From: Candidatus Aminicenantes bacterium
GTDB lineage: Bacteria; Acidobacteriota; Aminicenantia; Aminicenantales; Aminicenantaceae
DNA length: 57,303 bases
Direction: 5' to 3'
NCBI GenBank assembly: GCA_011042725.1
Contig: DQWD01000337.1
Coordinates: forward strand, 1 to 57,303
Part shown: positions 50,375 through 57,303 of the stretch, in pieces
Position numbering within the stretch: the stretch's first letter is position 1
Layout: every line of letters begins with the position of its first letter
Position numbers and translations under genes: made by a program
Notes under the pieces: generated by a model
The model's database searches: none
What the model was told of the DNA's origin: nothing
The model's input: the letters and a program-made list of their open reading frames with translations, nothing else

Positions 50375-51195
50375 TGAGTTCCCTGGCCCATTTGGAAAAG
50401 AAAAAAACCTTATTTTTCCCTAGTGTTCGTGATATTTTTAAATTTTACTTTTTCCTTGGTTTAAATTCTCGCCGCTCGCGATTGTTTTTACTCAGTAGTA
50501 TAGTGCCGATTGTGATTGCGGCTATCTTTAAAGGATCCCAGATTCTTTACGGTCAACCCCGCTTTTCGGGCTTATTTATCTATTCCAACATGATCATGAT
50601 GTTTTTTCTGCACTTTTTAATCCTGATCATGACCCTTTTTTTTGGCAGTTCAGTGTGCCGGGAAGAAGTGGACGGGTCAACTTTACCTTATCTGGTTACG
50701 CGACCTCTGCATAAAATGGCTTTTATTGTCGGAAAATATGCCGCCTCTACTTTGCTTGTCGGCTTGACGGTGATCTTTAGCTTGGCGATTTGTTTTCTTA
50801 TCCTTAATCTTACCCAGCTGGGAGAGGGGGGTATCTATAAAGTCTTAGCCCGGGATGCCGGAGTGCTCTTCTTAGGGGTCATGAGTTATATGGCCCTTTT
50901 TACTTTTTTGGGCATCATCTTGAAAAAAGCCATTTTCTTTGGTTTGCTCTTTAGTTTTGGCTGGGAGAATATCATCCAGTATTTCCCTGGTCAGACCCAG
51001 CGATTTGCTGTTGTTCATTACCTCAAATCTCTTTTGCCCGCCATGACCCAGGAAGGGTTTCCTTTTCTACTGTTTCGTTTGGAGCCAACTCCACTGGCTC
51101 AGTCGATACTTACCTTGCTGGGAATAGTTATATTCTTTTTAGGACTAAGTTGTGCCCTTTATGCTTGGAAAGAGTTTATCATTGATTCAAAATAA
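50374..51195 (+). CDS. ABC-2 type permease
   Basis: Multi-TM; EEVDGSTLPYLVTRP...GKY. Confidence 0.85.
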   Translation: MSSLAHLEKKKTLFFPSVRDIFKFYFFLGLNSRRSRLFLLSSIVPIVIAAIFKGSQILYGQPRFSGLFIYSNMIMMFFLHFLILIMTLFFGSSVCREEVDGSTLPYLVTRPLHKMAFIVGKYAASTLLVGLTVIFSLAICFLILNLTQLGEGGIYKVLARDAGVLFLGVMSYMALFTFLGIILKKAIFFGLLFSFGWENIIQYFPGQTQRFAVVHYLKSLLPAMTQEGFPFLLFRLEPTPLAQSILTLLGIVIFFLGLSCALYAWKEFIIDSK

Positions 51196-51286
51196 AAAAA
51201 ACTGGTGAAAACTGGTGACAGTTCACCTATTTACCTAACTTTTCTAAAAACAAACTGGAAAATTAGTGATAGCTCACCTATTTGCC
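51196..51286 (+). repeat. Dispersed REP-like palindromic repeat, family A (partial copy plus two full copies)
   Basis: AAAACTGGTGACAGTTCACCTATTTACC at about 51208-51235 and GAAAATTAGTGATAGCTCACCTATTTGCC at 51258-51286. Confidence 0.8.
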
Positions 51287-51350
51287 TATTTTTTCCAGAG
51301 AAAAAATAAAAACGCGAGCCTCAAAAACAAAAAAATAAGGACTTTTTACA

Positions 51351-51456
51351 TTATTTATCTATTCCAATATGATCATGTACGATCATGATGTTTTTTCTGC
51401 CCTTTTTGATCGTGCTCATGACCCTTTTTTTGGACAGTTCAGTTGACCGGAAAAAG
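51351..51456 (+). pseudogene. Decayed ~100-bp duplicate of an internal segment (50572-50668) of the upstream permease gene
   Basis: TTATTTATCTATTCCAA(C/T)ATGATCATG...CAGTTCAGT is shared; the copy has a 10-bp insertion and several substitutions. Confidence 0.85.
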
Positions 51457-51563
51457 AACTAATTTTAAATCAATTTGATTATTATTCTTTCTTGTAAATA
51501 GAAACCTGCTCAAACAGCCTAACTTGGACGTTAAATTTAACTATTTATAGCTGATTTCGAGTT

Positions 51564-52559
51564 TTACTTTTCTTCTGTTTCTTTTTTTGATTCGGCCTCT
51601 AAGCGCTGAATAAGATCTTCGGTGATTTGGACAGAGATGATCACTTTATCAGGTTCAGGAGTGATTTGAATGTTATTCAGTAGTTCACCAAAGACTGGTT
51701 TTTGAGCAGTCGCCATAGCTCCCATTGACTTTAATCCATTGATGAAATCAGCTAATTGCTTAACTTTCTGCTCGTCATCGCTGAATAGTTTTATTTCGCC
51801 GGCATAGGCTTGATTAGCATAGTCAAAAGAAATAGTTCCGGCCTTAATCGTTTTAAGATTAGCTAGCATCGGGTTCTGACCAGCGGCTTGGTCCATAGTT
51901 TTAGCCGGGAAGAATCCAACTCCCCAGAAGAGAGCCTCTTGGTTAACATCCCCTAGCAAGTTCGTCAGGTTTTCGCTGGTTTTGCAACTAGGCTTTTTAC
52001 CTTGCGCGACATCGATAACACCCTGGACTCCTACTTTAGTACCGACGATGATATTTGAGTCATCGAGAAAAGCAAAGCATCCGGGTTCTTTCTCATCTTT
52101 GGGCTGTCCAGTATAGAGAGTGACTCCGTTATAATCTTCTTCCTGAATTTCCACCCCTTCTTCTTGGGTTGCTTGAGCCTTGATAAAACCAAGTACTTTT
52201 TCCTTGTCATATTTTAGATTAATAACCGCAGCTGCGTTTTGTTTTTCTCCTTCGGGAGCACTTAATATTGCTCCGCAAGCATAGAACACATCTTTTTGAG
52301 GATCGATACCTACTTGTTGAATGAATTCTTGGTATTTCTGGTAATTCTCATCTTTTTGGATAGCTTGATTGACAGCTTCCAGCTTCATCAATTTCTCTAG
52401 ATTAGCAAAGAAGACAGCTTGACTTTCTTGAGGAAAAAGGTTGAGCATGTCCGCCGGTTTGGCTTCGCCAGCTACCGGCACAGCTTCTTTTTTCTTACAA
52501 GAAGACAAGCTGAAAACAAGAAGAGGTACAATTAATGCTAAAACTAATCCTTTTTTCAT
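51564..52559 (-). CDS. Hypothetical lipoprotein
   Basis: Signal peptide with lipobox LSSC; SD GGAGG; no confident family. Confidence 0.75.
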   Translation of the reverse strand: MKKGLVLALIVPLLVFSLSSCKKKEAVPVAGEAKPADMLNLFPQESQAVFFANLEKLMKLEAVNQAIQKDENYQKYQEFIQQVGIDPQKDVFYACGAILSAPEGEKQNAAAVINLKYDKEKVLGFIKAQATQEEGVEIQEEDYNGVTLYTGQPKDEKEPGCFAFLDDSNIIVGTKVGVQGVIDVAQGKKPSCKTSENLTNLLGDVNQEALFWGVGFFPAKTMDQAAGQNPMLANLKTIKAGTISFDYANQAYAGEIKLFSDDEQKVKQLADFINGLKSMGAMATAQKPVFGELLNNIQITPEPDKVIISVQITEDLIQRLEAESKKETEEK

Positions 52560-52816
52560 CTACTTTTCCCTCCAAATCAAATTTGATTTGACTATATCAG
52601 AAAGAGTGAACAAAAGCAATTAATATATGTTGATAAATGCTAGAACCAATGATTATAGAGCCAATGATTATATTTGGTTGAGATTAGAGGATAAAAAAGA
52701 TAAACTTACTTTTCTGTTGACCTATTTTTCACGGTTAGATTGATGGCCATTATTGTTTCAATTATTGATTGAGGTGGCCAATTATTTTCTAAGTTAGGAT
52801 AAGTAAGGAGGAAGGA

Positions 52817-54124
52817 ATGGTTAAAAAATTGGTCGTTTTGTTCATGGTGAGTTTATTTTTTGGTGGGGCATTAGTTTCTGCCCTGCCTGCTAGGCCAATT
52901 CACATCTTGAGTTTGCGGGACAGAGCCGAGGTAGTTAATACTTGGTTAGAGGTACGCTTAGAGACAATTCTGCCAGAGGTCATGAAAAGAGAAGGAATTG
53001 ACATGTGGTTGGTCATCTGCCGCGAGTACAATGAAGACCCGGTTTTTCTTACTCTAGTGCCAGCTGATTATTTTTCAGCCCGACGGTTAACCATGCTGGT
53101 TTTCTATCTCCACGATGATCACCTGGAGAAATTGGCTGTTAGCCGCTATCCAATTGGAAAGCTTTATCGGTCTGTGTGGCAGCCGACAAAGATGGATCAA
53201 TGGAGTTGTTTGGCCCAGGTTATTAAAGAAAGAAACCCGCAACGCATCGGAATTAATGTCGGCCCAGATTTTGCTTTTGGCGATGGTTTGTCAGCTTACT
53301 TAAAAGAAAAACTGGAAAAAGCTTTAGGTCCTGAGCTGGCTTCCAGGTTAGTTTCAGCCGAAAAAGTGGCCGTGGGTTGGCTAGAAAAGAGATTGCCGGA
53401 AGAAATCGAGGTTTATCATCATCTAGTTCATATTGCCCATGAAATCATTGCTGAAGCCTTTTCGGCTCAAGTCATTACTCCCGGGGTAACCACCGCCACG
53501 GATGTAGTTTGGTGGATGAGAGAGAAAATCAAAGAGTTGAAACTAGATACCTGGTTTCAACCTTCGGTCTCTATCCAACGGGCGCCGAGTAGTTCTTATC
53601 AGGGCCTAGTAATCCACCAGGGGGACCTTCTTCATTGTGATATTGGCATTACTTACTTGCGCTTAAATTCTGATACCCAGGAGCATGCCTATGTGCTTCG
53701 TCCCGGAGAAATCGATGCGCCGGAAGGGTTGAAGAAGGCTCTAGCAGTGGGGAATCGCTTGCAAGATATTTTAATCGCTGAATTTCAGGCAGGGCGCACC
53801 GGGAATGAAGTTCTCCGGCTAGCTCTCCAAAAGGCTAAAGCTGAGGGTATCGAAGCCAGTATATATTCTCACCCCCTTGGCTTTCATGGTCATGCTGCGG
53901 GTCCAACCATCGGACTTTGGGATCACCAGGAAGGAGTTCCGGGGCCAGGGGATTATCCTCTCTATCTTGACACCTGTTATTCCATCGAGCTTAATGTTCA
54001 AGTTCCCATGCCAGAGTGGGGAGGTAAAAAAGTAAGAATAGCCCTGGAGCAAGATGCCGTCTTTACCGGCGAGGGAGTAACATTTCTGGATGGTCGCCAG
54101 ACATCATTTCATTTAATCCGCTAG
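52817..54124 (+). CDS. Exported M24 family (Xaa-Pro) aminopeptidase
   Basis: Signal peptide; GDLLHCDIG, NSDTQEH, YSHPLGFHGHAAG, YSIE, ALEQD. Confidence 0.88.
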   Translation: MVKKLVVLFMVSLFFGGALVSALPARPIHILSLRDRAEVVNTWLEVRLETILPEVMKREGIDMWLVICREYNEDPVFLTLVPADYFSARRLTMLVFYLHDDHLEKLAVSRYPIGKLYRSVWQPTKMDQWSCLAQVIKERNPQRIGINVGPDFAFGDGLSAYLKEKLEKALGPELASRLVSAEKVAVGWLEKRLPEEIEVYHHLVHIAHEIIAEAFSAQVITPGVTTATDVVWWMREKIKELKLDTWFQPSVSIQRAPSSSYQGLVIHQGDLLHCDIGITYLRLNSDTQEHAYVLRPGEIDAPEGLKKALAVGNRLQDILIAEFQAGRTGNEVLRLALQKAKAEGIEASIYSHPLGFHGHAAGPTIGLWDHQEGVPGPGDYPLYLDTCYSIELNVQVPMPEWGGKKVRIALEQDAVFTGEGVTFLDGRQTSFHLIR

Positions 54125-54222
54125 TTCCGCTAATTCCTTATGGCCGTTCGTTCAGCCAAGCATTCCTTGATTAAAATTAGAACCACCCCCAGAGCATCCT
54201 GAAGAGAAATATTTTGGTTTCT

Positions 54223-55188
54223 TTAAACAGAGGAAGATAAGCGTCTATAAAATTTTAACTGACTGGCGTAGAACCAACAGCGAAACCAAATAAAGCCAAA
54301 AATAAAGAATTGATTAATAAGGAAAGCTAAAATGATCAGTAGCGGAGTATTCTCAGGAAGCCATTCGAGCCAACTCCCCATTAAGAGGGAAAAAATAACC
54401 AGAGAAGTGAAAATCAAATAATATAATCCTAAAGCTGAACCCAGGTTAGCCACCACTCTTTTCCAGGAAATAATGATGGCTTTGAGAGGATTTTTTTCAT
54501 TAAGGGAAACCAGATGAAGGCGCGCATAATCAAAAAGCATTTGGAAGAAAAAGAGGAGAAAAAAGAGAATCACCTTAGTGACCAAACCCACATAGAAAGC
54601 TGGCCTTTCCGAAAGAGCAGTCTGGGATAAATAGTCAACAAACCAGCGGAAAAGGCGGCCTAGTCCTTGGTAAAGGACGAAGAAAATGGCTCCCGAAATA
54701 AGCATTATTCCCAGCAGGCGCAAGAAAAAAACTGCGGCTTGTTGAAAGAAAAATCCAGCTTTAAAAGGCGATTTTCCGGAGGCATAGGTGGCGATAATTC
54801 CCCCGGAAATAAAGGTTTGCAGAAGAAGATAAACCAGAAAAACAAGGATTAAAGAGAAGGGAAAAGAGAGTAGCCTTTGATCCAGAGAGACTAAAGCCTC
54901 CAGGTTGTTCAGCAAGGCTCCCTTAGGAGATAAGGTCGTTACCTCGACTGTTTTTTCCAGGCCTTGAGCTTCATCATGGAATTCTTGCCACCAGAGATAG
55001 TCAAAATCACGGACAATATTTTCGGAAGCGATACTAGAACCGAGATGATTTTTAAATGAATGGGCAAGGGGGGCAGCTAGGATAAGGCCCAAGATAAGAT
55101 TGAAGACAAAAGCAATCACCACCACAGAAAAAAAGCGTCGGGTTGTTTGCCAACCATGAAGATAATCTTGAATTATTTTAATGCCCAT
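54223..55188 (-). CDS. Hypothetical integral membrane protein, co-transcribed with the M1 peptidase
   Basis: About 6 TM segments; 11-bp gap from the upstream gene; SD GGAGG. Confidence 0.7.
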   Translation of the reverse strand: MGIKIIQDYLHGWQTTRRFFSVVVIAFVFNLILGLILAAPLAHSFKNHLGSSIASENIVRDFDYLWWQEFHDEAQGLEKTVEVTTLSPKGALLNNLEALVSLDQRLLSFPFSLILVFLVYLLLQTFISGGIIATYASGKSPFKAGFFFQQAAVFFLRLLGIMLISGAIFFVLYQGLGRLFRWFVDYLSQTALSERPAFYVGLVTKVILFFLLFFFQMLFDYARLHLVSLNEKNPLKAIIISWKRVVANLGSALGLYYLIFTSLVIFSLLMGSWLEWLPENTPLLIILAFLINQFFIFGFIWFRCWFYASQLKFYRRLSSSV

Positions 55189-55199
55189 TTTATCCTCCC

Positions 55200-57188
55200 T
55201 TAACTGCCAGGAAAACGCCAGAGTTCGAAAGCATTCTGAAGCCAGAACAGCCAGCGGGATGTTAGCTTAAGCCATCCCCAGGGGGAAGGTTGGTTGACCA
55301 CCGAGTTGTTCCGTCGGTTAAGGTCAATTACCCAGGTAAAATCCGGATCGACGATGGCTTTAACCGCCGGAACTGAGCGTTGATAGACGAACTTTCGCCA
55401 TAAAGCTTGGCCATCCCATTTTTCTCGCTGAGTAGTGCCATCTTGAAATTCAATTAAAATGTCTACTGGAGCCTTAATTTCGCCTAAGCGGCGGACCAAT
55501 ACTTCAACTAAATAGTTGGTTTGGGTGTATTCTTTTTCGGCTAAAGTTTGGAGTTGTTGGTCAAATTTGCCCTGTGGAGAGGGAAGGCGGTGGTTAACCA
55601 AGGCCGCCACTGCGTAATCAAGAAATCCTTCTTGATAGATGAGTTGATGCAGAATATTGACTGCTTCTTTCCCTCCAAACTCCTCAACTGTGTTTAAAAA
55701 ATCTTGAGGTTGAGGATGTTTAAACCAGTGTCTCGTTGAATAAGTTTTCATCATTGCCCAGAATTTTTCTTCGCCCATGAATCTTTTCAGGCTTCTCAAC
55801 ATCAACTCTCCCTTGCTATAAGAGTTAGCGCCGTAACTCTCCCAATTCATAAACTGCCAGGCATAGGTTTGAAGAAGATCCATTTTGGCTGTTAGGCGGT
55901 GGGAAGAAATTTCCTGGGCTTCGATGGGGATGGCAATTTTCTTAAAAAGCACCGGCACTCCAAAATAACGTTGGGTAAAATAGGGGGGACCGTAAGCAGC
56001 ATAGTAAACTTGAGTATCGAGAAAGGAGGTGAATCCTTCGTCCATCCAGGGATTCTCGAATTCGTTGCTTCCCACCAGGCCATAAAAATAACCGTGGCCG
56101 AACTCGTGAATGGTAACCTCCTCGGGATCACCACTTCCTGGAGGATCAAGAAAATGGGCTCCAGCAGTGAAAAATGTTGGGTATTCCATCCCTCCGGATT
56201 TACTGTTGAAGGCCGGGTCAACACAGGTGATGGTGGAATAGGGATACTCCCCAAACCATTGACTACAGTATTTCAGAGCATTTTTCACGGCCAGTAAGTA
56301 ACGGTCCTTAAGATGACGGTGGTAAGGCTGAAGGAGGAGGGTAATTACTGTTTCTTTGCCTGTGTCGTGGCGGTATTTCTCCTTGAATTCCAAGAAGTGA
56401 GGACTGGCGGTCCAAGCAAAATCGTGAACACTATGTTGAACGAAAAGATGGGTAGAGGTGCCATCACCATTATCCTTGCTTGACTTTAGTTCTCCGGTGG
56501 CTCCAATGATGAAAGAGGAAGGAAGGGTGATTTTTACTTGGTAAGTCCCGTAGTCAGCGTAATATTCGCTATTGGCGTGATATTGATGGCAATTCCAACC
56601 GTCCTCCTCCAAGACTCCAATCTTGGGGAACCATTGGGCGATGAAAAAATAATCTTTCCATGCTCCTGTTCTCGAAATAGGGCGGGGTATTTTAGCCGTG
56701 AAATTAATGGCTAGCTTGATTGTCTCTCCGGCTTTAAGTGGGCGCGGAAGGGGAACCGAGAAAACAGTTTGATCAAAGGGGTTGGGGTTATCAGGATGGC
56801 GGAACTCGATTTTATTAGTCAAGTCAGCCGCAATAAAATTATCTGCAGGGATTATTTTTATAGAATCAATTTGGCAGTATCCCCAGTCTTCTTCCTGAAA
56901 ATCGGCGGTGGGATTGCCGCCTTCCCACCATTCTTCCCAAAGGTAGGTAGACCGATTATTCTGAAAGGCATTCCAGTAAAGATGAAACCAAAGCTCCGCA
57001 GTAGCTTGATTGGTGGGATTGGTCCAAGTTAAGATTTCCTGCCCCTCGATTATTTTTCTTTCGGGATGAAGGCGAACATCCATGTCATAATTGGCTATCT
57101 GAGGACAAAAAACCTCTTCTTGGGCGAGAAGAGGGAGAAGAGTAATAAACAAGAGGAAAAAGCAAAGGTGAAGACGGAAGCGTGACAA
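55200..57188 (-). CDS. M1 family zinc metallopeptidase
   Basis: Signal peptide; GGMEYP, HEFGH-x18-E (WMDEG), YSKG. Confidence 0.92.
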   Translation of the reverse strand: MSRFRLHLCFFLLFITLLPLLAQEEVFCPQIANYDMDVRLHPERKIIEGQEILTWTNPTNQATAELWFHLYWNAFQNNRSTYLWEEWWEGGNPTADFQEEDWGYCQIDSIKIIPADNFIAADLTNKIEFRHPDNPNPFDQTVFSVPLPRPLKAGETIKLAINFTAKIPRPISRTGAWKDYFFIAQWFPKIGVLEEDGWNCHQYHANSEYYADYGTYQVKITLPSSFIIGATGELKSSKDNGDGTSTHLFVQHSVHDFAWTASPHFLEFKEKYRHDTGKETVITLLLQPYHRHLKDRYLLAVKNALKYCSQWFGEYPYSTITCVDPAFNSKSGGMEYPTFFTAGAHFLDPPGSGDPEEVTIHEFGHGYFYGLVGSNEFENPWMDEGFTSFLDTQVYYAAYGPPYFTQRYFGVPVLFKKIAIPIEAQEISSHRLTAKMDLLQTYAWQFMNWESYGANSYSKGELMLRSLKRFMGEEKFWAMMKTYSTRHWFKHPQPQDFLNTVEEFGGKEAVNILHQLIYQEGFLDYAVAALVNHRLPSPQGKFDQQLQTLAEKEYTQTNYLVEVLVRRLGEIKAPVDILIEFQDGTTQREKWDGQALWRKFVYQRSVPAVKAIVDPDFTWVIDLNRRNNSVVNQPSPWGWLKLTSRWLFWLQNAFELWRFPGS

Positions 57189-57303
57189 TTTTACCTCCTC
57201 TTAACCAATTTTGTCTAATCATAATGGAGATAAAGGGTAACATCAAGTTATTTTAGATGTTCACCACCAATAGGGCTAAGTGGGGACGTTCCAAATTGAG
57301 AAA

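Noticed and set aside
51196-51286. Mini CRISPR array from family A repeats
   Set aside because: Only two degenerate copies per locus, with a short spacer, dispersed loci and no cas genes.
50572-51456. Template/variable repeat pair of a diversity-generating retroelement
   Set aside because: The differences include indels and changes at C/G positions, not only adenines, and there is no reverse transcriptase in the window.
412-57032. Numerous short antisense or nested ORFs in the ORF track
   Set aside because: They lie wholly within confidently assigned genes and have no recognisable motifs.
57279-57303. GGGGACGTTCC as another REP-like element
   Set aside because: A single occurrence at the window edge; it cannot be supported.

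Overview
Gene-dense (about 49 CDS), AT-rich bacterial chromosome segment from a diderm organism (lpxB, waaA, lnt). Gene content and synteny (DUF1844-mazG-ribF, a pseudopilin trio, Tat-signal AmrS/DUF362/DUF6599) suggest an Acidobacteriota/Aminicenantes-like lineage; this is an inference only. Most of the window is housekeeping: pyrR-pyrB-pyrC-rnc, ribF, mazG, prfB with its +1 frameshift, lnt, coaE, proS, pcm, lpxB, pnp, rpsO, waaA, plus an ABC exporter and several peptidases. No rRNA, tRNA, CRISPR array, transposase or integrase was recognised. The most unusual signals are: (1) a naturally circularly permuted 2,3-BPG-independent phosphoglycerate mutase homologue (45969-47597); (2) three stand-alone PilZ-like paralogues around a pseudo-receiver LuxR regulator with a VpsT-like WLPR motif, which may pair with a separate kinase-Hpt-two diguanylate cyclase phosphorelay; (3) a Tat-signal AmrS radical SAM enzyme in an operon with DUF362 and a catalytically atypical membrane spermidine-synthase-like protein; (4) three families of short dispersed intergenic repeats, and a decayed copy of a permease gene fragment beside one of them. 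All calls are from motif recognition by eye; no searches were run.
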